The notes below the pieces were generated by a model. It saw nothing but the letters and a program-made list of their open reading frames with translations, was not told the DNA's origin and ran no database searches. Below, one piece after another: positions 30,964-39,401 of a stretch of DNA of 64,000 nt. Numbering within the stretch: position 1 is the stretch's first letter; the number at the start of each line of letters is the position of its first letter. The DNA is taken from the NCBI GenBank assembly GCA_964388375.1, contig CAYMAE010000001.1:20119-84118 (forward strand), given 5' to 3'. The stretch is from an uncultured Ruminiclostridium sp. Its GTDB lineage: Bacteria > Bacillota > Clostridia > DSM-8532. Position numbers and translations under genes: made by a program.

Positions 30964-31713
30964 CTATTGCGCCATCATTTTTTCACGATTGATAACTAAG
31001 TTTTTTACATCAGACATTGATTTGGAAACAGATGCTGCAAGTTCGGTGCTTCCCTCGGTGTCTTTTATCAAGTCTAAATCTTCATAAATCTTAGATAATT
31101 TCTCTGAAATCTGCTCTTCCATTTGTATAACAATTTCTCTAGTTGATCTTCCAAAAGGTGTAGATGCCTTGATACGTTCGTTCATATCATCAAAAGCCTT
31201 TACCAACGATTGATATGCAGACCCTTCGATACGGCCGTTATACCCTTTAATACATTGCTCTATATTTATATTTTGTAAAGTAATATCCAGAACCTTTTTC
31301 TGTTCCATTTTCTGTTTATAAGTATCAAATGCCTTATTCATGCCCGAGAAATATAGTCCGGCAATAATCATAAGAAGTATGAGACTTGCAACAAGGATGA
31401 TAATAGTATACCATTTTGGCGTTATTGTTAGGTATGCAAACCTTGTAAACACCATTACAAACAGATAATAGAAAATTATAGTTGCGACACAGGATACAGT
31501 AGCACCGACACCAAATCTCTCAATGGCACGATCATACGATAGAATCGCAGCATTGAGTAATATGAGTGAGAAAAATATAGCAATGATAGATAATAGGAAT
31601 ATCGGCAAATCAATTAACGACCAAACTGAGAAAACCAGCAGGACAGTAATAATATCCAAAATGAGTAGTCCTAGCATTTTCAGTATCATAGATGTACTAT
31701 TTCTATTTTTCAT
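30964..31713 (-). CDS. hypothetical polytopic membrane protein with a helical cytoplasmic tail
   Basis: 249 aa. About 5 hydrophobic helices in the first 125 residues, then a charged helical C-terminus. The start is 3 nt after the upstream stop, with SD GGAGG inside the end of the upstream gene. Confidence 0.7.
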   Translation of the reverse strand: MKNRNSTSMILKMLGLLILDIITVLLVFSVWSLIDLPIFLLSIIAIFFSLILLNAAILSYDRAIERFGVGATVSCVATIIFYYLFVMVFTRFAYLTITPKWYTIIILVASLILLMIIAGLYFSGMNKAFDTYKQKMEQKKVLDITLQNINIEQCIKGYNGRIEGSAYQSLVKAFDDMNERIKASTPFGRSTREIVIQMEEQISEKLSKIYEDLDLIKDTEGSTELAASVSKSMSDVKNLVINREKMMAQ

Positions 31714-31716
31714 TGA

Positions 31717-32862
31717 TTATACCTCCATTTTTGTTCCGCATTCCTTGCAAAACTTAGTTGCTTCATCATTTTCAGTACCGCAGTTTGTACATTTTAGCTT
31801 TTTTACCATACTATTGCCGCATGATGTGCAAAATTTATCATCAGGATCTACCTTTTCACCGCAGTTGGTACATTTTACTTGGAGGGAGGTTAGTTTAGCA
31901 CCACAGCCTCCACAAAACGAATTGCCATCATCATTCTGCTCATTACATTTAGGACATCTTATGCCTTTAGGAGCTGCCGTATTCATGTTACCTACTAAAC
32001 CTGGCATAGCTCCGCCTATACCAACGCCCATGCCAAGACCTATTCCCGCTCCTGTCATTGCACCTGCAACGCCTCCGGTATTTCCTGCTGCTGTCTCCAG
32101 CGTATCAAATGATCTTTTGGTAACATAGCGTTCATTACCAATAATATCGAATGATGCTTTATCACTGAGAATTCGGTTAATTTCTGCAAAATCCTCATCC
32201 GGAAAATTGATAGACTGAATATAAAAATTTACTACTTTAAGCCCAAAGCGACTAAACTCCTCACTGATTTCATCCTTGCTAAAATCAGATATATCATCTA
32301 ATGATGCAGAAATTTCTAATGCGGATATCCCCTTATGGATTATAGCTTCAGCAATTGCCGCTTTTACCTTCATTACTAAGATACCCTTAAAGTAGTTAAT
32401 CATCTTAGCATAGTTGACAACCTCTAAAGGACTTAATGTCCCAATTAACTCGGTCAATAGCACTCGGTAATCGTCTACTTTCATGCCAAATTGGCCAAAT
32501 GCACGTATTCGAAGCTTTATTTGATACTTTGGGTCTATTAATTGAATGGGATCTATGGTTCCCCAGTTAATATCTAGTTTTGTGGTTTTATTGATAAAAT
32601 AGATTTCTGCAGTATATGGGGTCTTGCCTCCAAATGGAAAATTAATAATCCCCTGTAGTAAAGGGATATTAGATGTCGACAGTGTATGCGTTCCAGCAGT
32701 AAAATAGTCAAGAGCTTGACCACCTTTTACGAATACGGCTACTTGACCCTCTCCAACAATCAACTGTGTGCCTGCTACAAATGAGTCCCCGGGATAGCGA
32801 TAAACAAGCCACTCCTTGCCGTTTTTCATACCATCAAACTTAATCCTGTCAATAATAGCCAT
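31717..32862 (-). CDS. SPFH/band-7-like protein with a Gly-rich linker and three C-terminal zinc ribbons (YdjI/COG4260-like)
   Basis: 381 aa. The N-terminal roughly 250 aa resembles the SPFH proteins often annotated as virion core protein-like. Then GNTGGVAGAMTGAGIGLGMGVGIGGAMPG, followed by three CxxC-x(9-11)-CxxC units. SD AAAGGGGA upstream. Confidence 0.75.
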   Translation of the reverse strand: MAIIDRIKFDGMKNGKEWLVYRYPGDSFVAGTQLIVGEGQVAVFVKGGQALDYFTAGTHTLSTSNIPLLQGIINFPFGGKTPYTAEIYFINKTTKLDINWGTIDPIQLIDPKYQIKLRIRAFGQFGMKVDDYRVLLTELIGTLSPLEVVNYAKMINYFKGILVMKVKAAIAEAIIHKGISALEISASLDDISDFSKDEISEEFSRFGLKVVNFYIQSINFPDEDFAEINRILSDKASFDIIGNERYVTKRSFDTLETAAGNTGGVAGAMTGAGIGLGMGVGIGGAMPGLVGNMNTAAPKGIRCPKCNEQNDDGNSFCGGCGAKLTSLQVKCTNCGEKVDPDDKFCTSCGNSMVKKLKCTNCGTENDEATKFCKECGTKMEV

Positions 32863-33221
32863 AGCTTTCCCCTTTAATAATCGTTTTTTATTCCATCTGT
32901 ATTTCTTACTTATTCCTATTTAAATACAGAAATTATAAGGCAGAATATAAAATCGTTCGGCCTTTGCTAAAAATTTCTTCTGAAAGAAGTATATTATGCA
33001 TATATGTATAAAATACAACAAATTTGTTGATTTGTAAATTCTTTTTACCCTTTTCATCCTCCAGCGCACCGCGCAAACGCACTTAATTTGACTTTTCAAA
33101 GCATTCATCGAACAACCTAAACGTTGGCCGTACTCCTAACTGTTGTTGCCGCACCGCTATTTCTATATTAGCCGAGGCTAGTGTGGGCCAGACAATAATC
33201 AAGAAGATTGGGGGGAAATGT

Positions 33222-33264
33222 AAAAAGGACACTTCCCAGCGAATTGCATCACTGAAAAGTGTCC
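33222..33264 (-). terminator. possible rpsI terminator (8-bp stem, 22-nt loop, T5)
   Basis: GGACACTT / AAGTGTCC (33227-33234 / 33257-33264), followed on the minus strand by TTTTT. The large loop lowers confidence. Confidence 0.45.
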
Positions 33265-33284
33265 TACAAAAATCTTTATTTTAT

Positions 33285-33317
33285 GTGTTGCACACCTGTT
33301 GCAAACGTGTTGCACAC
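33285..33317. repeat. 3 x 11-bp tandem repeat GTGTTGCACAC / CTGTTGCAAAC / GTGTTGCACAC
   Basis: Read directly from the sequence. The two outer units are identical and each is internally palindromic (GTGT..ACAC). The period is 11 bp. Confidence 0.9.
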
Positions 33318-33407
33318 AGAGTAATCTCCAGTGCGTTTGACAACATTCCACAGAGTCTGTAGCCCTTGTAAAATCGGGCTTTTCGAGGTAACTTCGTTTC
33401 CGAAATA

Positions 33408-33800
33408 TTATCTCTTTGAGAACTGTGGTGCACGACGTGCTCCCTTTAAGCCGTACTTCTTTCTTTCCTTCATTCTTGGGTCACGAGTTAAGAAGCCTGC
33501 CTTCTTAAGAGGGGCTCTAAATGCATCATCGGCCTGTAAAAGAGCTCTTGAAATACCATGACGGATTGCTCCTGCCTGACCGGTAAATCCACCGCCCTTT
33601 ACATTTACTATAACATTGAATTTTCCTATAGTTTCAGTAAGCACCAATGGTGACTTACAGATAACTTTAAGTGTCTCCAGACCAAAATAATCATCAATTG
33701 ATCTATCATTTATTGTAACTTCGCCGTTACCTGGTACTAATCTGCACCTTGCAACTGACTTCTTTCTTCTACCTGTACCGTAATACTGTACTTTAGCCAT
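33408..33800 (-). CDS. rpsI: 30S ribosomal protein S9
   Basis: 130 aa. YYGTGRRK start and a C-terminal [14 protein letters not shown]. Confidence 0.98.
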   Translation of the reverse strand: MAKVQYYGTGRRKKSVARCRLVPGNGEVTINDRSIDDYFGLETLKVICKSPLVLTETIGKFNVIVNVKGGGFTGQAGAIRHGISRALLQADDAFRAPLKKAGFLTRDPRMKERKKYGLKGARRAPQFSKR

Positions 33801-33819
33801 TTACGTATCCTCCCCTCCA

Positions 33820-34254
33820 TTATATGTTTAGCTCGAGAACTTCGGGCATTTGAGCCTGATGTTTGTGTTCCGAACCTGCATAAACCTTAAGCTTTTTAAT
33901 CATAGCACGACCCAGTCTTGTTCCGGGAAGCATTCTCTTAACTGCTAATTCAAATACTCTCTCGGGCTGAGTTTCAAGGAAACGTCTGTACTTAATTTCC
34001 TTCATGTGGCCAATCCAACCAGTGTGACGTCTGTACGTCTTCTGGTCAAGCTTCTTTCCTGTTAATACAATTTTGTCGGCATTGATTATGATAACAAAAT
34101 CTCCTGTATCGGTGTGGGGTGTGTAAATGGGCTTGCGCTTGCCGCTAAGTATTTGAGCAACTTCGCTTGCAGCACGTCCAAGAACTTTACCCTCAACGTC
34201 AATAACATACCATTTTCTATCGACTTCATCTGCCTTAGCCATAAACGTCTTCAT
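33820..34254 (-). CDS. rplM: 50S ribosomal protein L13
   Basis: 144 aa. [15 protein letters not shown], and the HTGWIGHMK context. Confidence 0.98.
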   Translation of the reverse strand: MKTFMAKADEVDRKWYVIDVEGKVLGRAASEVAQILSGKRKPIYTPHTDTGDFVIIINADKIVLTGKKLDQKTYRRHTGWIGHMKEIKYRRFLETQPERVFELAVKRMLPGTRLGRAMIKKLKVYAGSEHKHQAQMPEVLELNI

Positions 34255-34311
34255 AGGTAACCTCCTCCTAAATATGCATAACGGGATATCCCGTTAACGT
34301 TCTTTAATAAC

Positions 34312-34347
34312 TAAAAAAATAAACAACACTGTTTAGTGCAGCGTTGT
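34312..34347 (-). terminator. hairpin plus U-run between clpC and rplM (clpC-operon terminator and/or rplM leader element)
   Basis: On the minus strand, ACAACGCTG-cactaaa-CAGTGTTGT followed by TTTATTTTTTT. It is the only canonical intrinsic terminator downstream of clpC. Confidence 0.5.
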
Positions 34348-34349
34348 CT

Positions 34350-34379
34350 ATTCTAATACATTTATTAGTCTAATGTCAA
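34350..34379 (-). promoter_or_regulatory. candidate rplM-rpsI promoter (TTGACA-N18-TAGAAT)
   Basis: On the minus strand, TTGACA 34379-34374 and TAGAAT 34355-34350. The predicted start site falls inside the 5-prime arm of the downstream hairpin. Confidence 0.45.
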
Positions 34380-34554
34380 AACCAAAATTCCTTAAATTTA
34401 AAATACACCTCTCTAGCTCGTTTATTTGCTCTTTATTTCTCGTTTTCTCTCTTTATTTCGTCTGCCGTCCTATTATTGTTCAAATCATGCGACGGTTCTT
34501 CAGGTCAAGAGGGGGAGGCATTCGGAGCGTCCCCCCGCATTCTTGAGCAAAGTC

Positions 34555-36981
34555 CTATTTTAAAATAACCTTTTCATCCTCATAGGAGATTGATACAGTA
34601 TCCCCTTCTTTGATTTTAGCATCTAATATGGCCTCGGCCAGTTTATCCTCAATATACTCTTGGATTGTTCTTTTTAGTGGTCTAGCGCCAAATGTTTTAT
34701 CATATCCCTTTTCGGCGAGGAACTCTTTGACCTCTTCGGTAAAGGTGATTTTGATATTATTATGTTCCATTCTCTTTGCTGTTTCATTAAGCATTAATCC
34801 GCAAATTTGCTTGATTTCATCACGATTCAATGGGTGGAATACGATTATTTCATCGACACGGTTTATAAACTCAGGACGAAATGTCTTCTTAAGCGCTTCC
34901 ATAACGTTTTTCTTCATGTCCTCGTAATCCCGTGTAGCATTCTCTTCCTGTGCTCCAAACCCTAGCTTCTTAGGCTCAACAATATCCCTTGCTCCTACAT
35001 TTGAGGTCATTATTATTACAGTATTCCTAAAGTCTACTACCCTACCTGTAGAATCAGTCAACCTTCCATCATCTAAAATCTGAAGCAGCATATTAAAGAC
35101 ATCGGGATGAGCCTTCTCGATTTCATCAAAAAGAACTACTGAATAGGGCTTTCTTCTAACCTTTTCGGTCAGCTGGCCACCCTCATCATACCCTACATAT
35201 CCGGGAGGTGAACCTACAAGCCTTGAAACACTATGTTTCTCCATATATTCAGACATATCTATTCTGATCATTAGGCTTTCGTCACCAAAAAGGGCCTCTG
35301 CCAGTGCTTTAGAAAGTTCAGTCTTACCAACTCCAGTAGGTCCTGAAAATATAAACGAACCTACAGGACGTTTAGGATCCTTCAAACCCACACGACCTCT
35401 CCTAATTGCTTTGGAAACAGCGGCAACTGCATCCTTCTGACCTATTACCCTATTATGGAGAATAGATTCCATATTCTTTAGTCGCTCAGTTTCTTCCTGC
35501 GCAAGCCTATTTACTGGTATTCCCGTCCAGGATCCGATTATTTCTGCAATTTCCTCGTCAGTAACCATTTGTGTGTTTTTAGAATTTTCCATTTGCCAGG
35601 ATTCTTTTTTGGAGGCAAGGTCTTCTTTGAGTTTGTTTTCCTCATCTCTTAATGATGCGGCTTTTTCAAATTCCTGACTGATAATAGAATCTTCCTTCAT
35701 TTTACGGATTTCATCAATCTTTCGCTCCAAATCCTTTAAATCTGGTGGTGCGGTAAAGCTCTTTAACCGTACCCTGCTTGATGCTTCATCAATCAAATCT
35801 ATGGCCTTATCTGGTAAATATCTGTCATTTATATATCGAGATGACATTTTGACCGCAGCCTCAAGAGCCTTATCTGTAATTTTTACCTTGTGATGTGCTT
35901 CATACTGGTCCCTAATACCCTTGAGAATCAAAAGCGTCTCTTCTTCAGTGGGTTCAGCAACTGTTATGGGCTGGAATCTTCTTTCCAAGGCCGCATCCTT
36001 TTCTATATGCTTTCGGTACTCATCAAGAGTTGTAGCACCAATTATCTGGATTTCACCGCGTGCAAGCAATGGCTTTAAAATATTAGCCGCATCTATTGCT
36101 CCTTCGGCAGCTCCTGCTCCGACTATGGTGTGCAATTCATCTATGAAAAGTATCACATTACCTGCATGTCGTATTTCCTCAATTGACTTTTTTAAGCGAT
36201 CCTCAAACTCTCCTCTATACTTAGCTCCTGCTACCATGGATGATAAATCAAGGGTAACTACACGCTTGTCCTTAAGTGTCTCAGGAACATTTCCCTCTAT
36301 AATCTTTTGAGCTAGCCCTTCACTTATGGCTGTTTTCCCAACGCCTGGCTCACCTATGAGGCAGGGATTATTCTTAGTTCTACGGCTTAATATCTGAATA
36401 ACTCTCTCTATTTCTTTATCCCTACCTATTACAGGGTCTACCTTTCCTTCGACAACCATAGATGTTAAATCACGGCCGTACTGATCTAAAGTTGGGGTCT
36501 CGGCATCAACTGCCTGTGGCTTGCCTTGAGCTGCTGCCATTGGGGTGTCCTCACTTAGCATTGAAATGATATTTTCATATAGTTTACGAATATCTTGACC
36601 TAAATCAATTAAAATTCTGACTGCTACACTCTCGCCTTCACGCATGATAGCCATAAGCAAATGCTCAGTCCCTATGAAGTTCTGCCCCATTCTTCTTGCC
36701 TCAGCATAGCTCAATTCCATAACTCGCTTGGTCCTTGGGGTATACGTCAAATTTGAAAATTCTTCTTCCTCTTGGCCTATAAGCTCCATAATTTTTTGTT
36801 TAATTGCCACTTCTGTTATACCGCTAGAAGCAAGAACGCTAGCTGCAATTCCTGTACCTTCTTTAGCTAATCCCCATAAAATATGCTCAGTCCCTATATA
36901 TGGATGTCCAAATCCTAAGGCGCATTCCTTAGCTAATACCAATGCGGTTTCTGCCTTTTTTGTAAATTTACCGTATATCAT
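34555..36981 (-). CDS. clpC: ATP-dependent Clp protease ATP-binding subunit ClpC
   Basis: 808 aa from the ATG at 36981 (SD AAGAGGTG 6 nt upstream). Two Clp_N repeats, two AAA+ modules ([16 protein letters not shown]) and a UVR linker. Confidence 0.95.
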   Translation of the reverse strand: MIYGKFTKKAETALVLAKECALGFGHPYIGTEHILWGLAKEGTGIAASVLASSGITEVAIKQKIMELIGQEEEEFSNLTYTPRTKRVMELSYAEARRMGQNFIGTEHLLMAIMREGESVAVRILIDLGQDIRKLYENIISMLSEDTPMAAAQGKPQAVDAETPTLDQYGRDLTSMVVEGKVDPVIGRDKEIERVIQILSRRTKNNPCLIGEPGVGKTAISEGLAQKIIEGNVPETLKDKRVVTLDLSSMVAGAKYRGEFEDRLKKSIEEIRHAGNVILFIDELHTIVGAGAAEGAIDAANILKPLLARGEIQIIGATTLDEYRKHIEKDAALERRFQPITVAEPTEEETLLILKGIRDQYEAHHKVKITDKALEAAVKMSSRYINDRYLPDKAIDLIDEASSRVRLKSFTAPPDLKDLERKIDEIRKMKEDSIISQEFEKAASLRDEENKLKEDLASKKESWQMENSKNTQMVTDEEIAEIIGSWTGIPVNRLAQEETERLKNMESILHNRVIGQKDAVAAVSKAIRRGRVGLKDPKRPVGSFIFSGPTGVGKTELSKALAEALFGDESLMIRIDMSEYMEKHSVSRLVGSPPGYVGYDEGGQLTEKVRRKPYSVVLFDEIEKAHPDVFNMLLQILDDGRLTDSTGRVVDFRNTVIIMTSNVGARDIVEPKKLGFGAQEENATRDYEDMKKNVMEALKKTFRPEFINRVDEIIVFHPLNRDEIKQICGLMLNETAKRMEHNNIKITFTEEVKEFLAEKGYDKTFGARPLKRTIQEYIEDKLAEAILDAKIKEGDTVSISYEDEKVILK

Positions 36982-37055
36982 ACTCTTCACCTCTTATATT
37001 CTTCAGGGAGACCATCGCTCTAGTTTCAAGCTCCACCCCTGATTTATTTACTTTA

Positions 37056-38084
37056 TTAATTATTAATCCTGTTCCTTACATATTCAGCGCGCTTGGTATC
37101 GCGTTCTTCGGGTTTTAGCATCTTTCTTGCATCTTTAAGAAGATTCCCAGGCTGAATATTAAGCACCATCTCATTTATATCAGTTTCGCTAAGTTCTTTT
37201 ATATATCCTAAATTGATGCCAAGCCTTAAATCCGAGAGTCTTTTTAAGGCTTCTTCAGAAGTCAACATCCTGCAAAAACGAAGTATGCCATACGAGCGCA
37301 TAATCCGGTCTTCGAGCTTACCAGGATTCTTTTTTATCAATTCTTTTCTCAAAAGCCTTTCCTGCTCTATCACTTGGCCACCAATATTTTGTATGCTCAT
37401 TACTATATCTTTTTCGCTTTTTCCCAAGGTAATCTGGTTAGATAGCTGATACATGTTTCCATAAGCCTCTGTATTCTCTCCATAAAGGCCCCTTACAGCC
37501 ACTCCAAGCTTCCCGCACGATTCTAGGACGGGACGGATATAACCTGTCATAACAAGCGCAGGAAGATGCAGCATCAGTGATACTCTTATTCCCGTTCCAA
37601 CATTAGTTGGGCAGCTGGTTAGATATCCAATTTTATCATTATATGCTATATCAATCTTTTCAGAAATAGTATCGTCCAATAAATTACAGAGATCAAAAAC
37701 CTTGTCAAGCTGCATTCCTGAGGCAAGACATTGGATCCTTAAATGATCCTCCTCATTTATCATAATACTTATTTGCTCGTCCTTACTTATCAGGGCTCCC
37801 GTCTCTAAATTGCTCTCTACAAGCTCCTTACTAATAAGATGCTTTTCTACCATCACCTGTTTTTCAATAGGTGAAATATCCTTAAATCTAACTAAATCTA
37901 AGCTTTTTTCGAGTATTGGGTTATCTGTGAATAGTGCCTCGCATGTTTCAGATATTATTTTTTCCTGTTGTTCGTTTGAACTTCTATGCGGAAAAGGATA
38001 GGCTTGAACGTTTCTGGCCAATCTGACTCTACTAGAAACAACTACGTCGGAATCAGGTCCTGCATCAATATACCATTTTTTCAT
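37056..38084 (-). CDS. mcsB: protein arginine kinase McsB
   Basis: 342 aa with a phosphagen-kinase-like catalytic domain (RVRLARN..., EEDHLRIQ, CPTNVGTG). Confidence 0.95.
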   Translation of the reverse strand: MKKWYIDAGPDSDVVVSSRVRLARNVQAYPFPHRSSNEQQEKIISETCEALFTDNPILEKSLDLVRFKDISPIEKQVMVEKHLISKELVESNLETGALISKDEQISIMINEEDHLRIQCLASGMQLDKVFDLCNLLDDTISEKIDIAYNDKIGYLTSCPTNVGTGIRVSLMLHLPALVMTGYIRPVLESCGKLGVAVRGLYGENTEAYGNMYQLSNQITLGKSEKDIVMSIQNIGGQVIEQERLLRKELIKKNPGKLEDRIMRSYGILRFCRMLTSEEALKRLSDLRLGINLGYIKELSETDINEMVLNIQPGNLLKDARKMLKPEERDTKRAEYVRNRINN

Positions 38085-38098
38085 ACCTCATCACTCCT

Positions 38099-38587
38099 TT
38101 ATTCCTCAGATAATTCCTTAATACGATCTCTTATCTCGGCTGCACGTTCATAAGCTTCAGTTCTTATACATGCAGCTAGCTCATCTTGCAATTCTTGAAT
38201 TAGAGGTTCGACCAATTTATCCGAATAAGCTAATTCCTGCTTTTTAGGTGCTTTACCTATGTGGTGCGTCTTGCCATGCATGCGATTTAAAAGTGTATGC
38301 ATAGAGTCAAAAAAAGTATCATAACAATTAGCACATCCCATTTTACCAGTGCTATTAAACTCCTCGACGGTCATACCACATACATCACATTTTATAGTGT
38401 TCCTTTCGACTTCTCTTCCTTGATCTTGAAGGCCTAGCAGACCCGTAATAAGGGAATTTAGGTCTATCTTGATACCACTGCTTCCGGCACACTGACTACA
38501 AACTAGCAAATCAGTCTTAATACCATTAATAATTTGGGTCAAATGGACCGTTGCATCCCTCATTTTGCAAATTTGGCAAACTAACAC
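38099..38587 (-). CDS. mcsA: McsA, activator of McsB (Cys-rich zinc fingers plus UVR domain)
   Basis: I place the start at GTG 38587 (SD GGAG 8 nt upstream), giving MLVCQICK..., like known McsA N-termini. CxxC motifs four times, and a C-terminal UVR motif (EAYERAAEIRDRIKEL). The ORF-track TTG at 38614 has no SD. Confidence 0.85.
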   Translation of the reverse strand: MLVCQICKMRDATVHLTQIINGIKTDLLVCSQCAGSSGIKIDLNSLITGLLGLQDQGREVERNTIKCDVCGMTVEEFNSTGKMGCANCYDTFFDSMHTLLNRMHGKTHHIGKAPKKQELAYSDKLVEPLIQELQDELAACIRTEAYERAAEIRDRIKELSEE

Positions 38588-38677
38588 ATTATCATCTCCA
38601 TTTTGTTCATACAAAGTCTCAATTAAAAGTTGCTACACCACTTATTACTTATAAGGTTAGAATTATATAATGTCTCT

Positions 38678-39139
38678 TCATAGCACCGTCAAGCTCATAA
38701 GCATATTCTTAAGGATTGCGCATCTTATTTCATCGCGCTTATCCATAGGCACAACCACGAATACCTTATCCGATGTTGCGGCTTTCATTAACATTGCCTC
38801 ACGGGGCTCAATAATATTATAGTCAACAAAGTTTTTAATAAGTACCTCTGCTGTTAATTGGGAAATTTTATTACCAATAGATGTAATAATATGCATCAAA
38901 TATTCGCTGTCCGAATCAATATTAAGCCTTTTAATGCTTATATATCCTCCTCCGCCACGCCGGCTTTCCACATAATATCCCTTATCTGCAGTAAACCTTG
39001 TTGAAATAACATAGTTAATTTGGGATGGAACACAATTAAACTTGCCGGCAAGCTCGTTTCTTTGTATTTCTACTGATCCCTCTTCTTCAATTATCATATC
39101 TTTTAAAAACGATTCTATAATATCGCTGAGTCTTGCCAT
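38678..39139 (-). CDS. ctsR: class III stress gene repressor CtsR
   Basis: 153 aa. ISDIIE..L, SQINYVISTRFT and YVESRRGGGGYI motifs. Confidence 0.95.
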   Translation of the reverse strand: MARLSDIIESFLKDMIIEEEGSVEIQRNELAGKFNCVPSQINYVISTRFTADKGYYVESRRGGGGYISIKRLNIDSDSEYLMHIITSIGNKISQLTAEVLIKNFVDYNIIEPREAMLMKAATSDKVFVVVPMDKRDEIRCAILKNMLMSLTVL

Positions 39140-39158
39140 ATGATCACCTCATTAATAA

Positions 39159-39175
39159 TTTGACTATCTCTGACT
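39159..39175 (-). promoter_or_regulatory. CtsR operator (tandem heptad AGTCAGA-GAT-AGTCAAA)
   Basis: The minus strand reads AGTCAGAGATAGTCAAA, against the consensus RGTCAAA-NAN-RGTCAAA. It lies immediately downstream of the -10 hexamer. Confidence 0.75.
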
Positions 39176-39204
39176 ATTATAAACTATATCCTCTTTTTCT
39201 GCAA
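39176..39204 (-). promoter_or_regulatory. ctsR operon promoter (TTGCAG-N17-TATAAT)
   Basis: On the minus strand, TTGCAG 39204-39199, 17 nt, TATAAT 39181-39176. Confidence 0.55.
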
Positions 39205-39231
39205 TAAAAAACTGTATTTATTAAATACAGT
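39205..39231 (-). terminator. AT-rich hairpin plus T5 just upstream of the ctsR promoter
   Basis: ACTGTATTT-att-AAATACAGT (39211-39231), with TTTTT following on the minus strand. Confidence 0.45.
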
Positions 39232-39351
39232 ATCTATTATTTGAAATCTACAAGATTATACTCTTTATTTTATCTCCTATAAGGCCCGGTGACGGTGTGA
39301 AGCATACAATCATGATATAAAATAGTGGTAAGAAAAATTGCATTACCTCCA

Positions 39352-39383
39352 TATAATAAACGGGTGGTCTTGTGACCACCCGT
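39352..39383 (-). terminator. rho-independent terminator of the EF-G paralog gene
   Basis: ACGGGTGGT / ACCACCCGT 9-bp GC-rich stem (39360-39368 / 39375-39383), followed on the minus strand by TTTATTAT. It sits 19 nt after the stop. Confidence 0.75.
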
Positions 39384-39401
39384 TTGTATTTGTCTATGTG
39401 A

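Noticed and set aside
31523-32128. 201-aa Pro-rich plus-strand ORF
   Set aside because: It is antisense to the Gly-rich and zinc-ribbon part of the SPFH gene. The Pro/Ala richness is the mirror image of Gly/Cys codons, and there is no SD.
32920-33108. 62-aa minus-strand ORF in the rpsI-SPFH gap
   Set aside because: It has no SD and an odd Cys/Ile/Phe-rich composition, and it spans promoter-like AT-rich DNA. I treat the region as non-coding.
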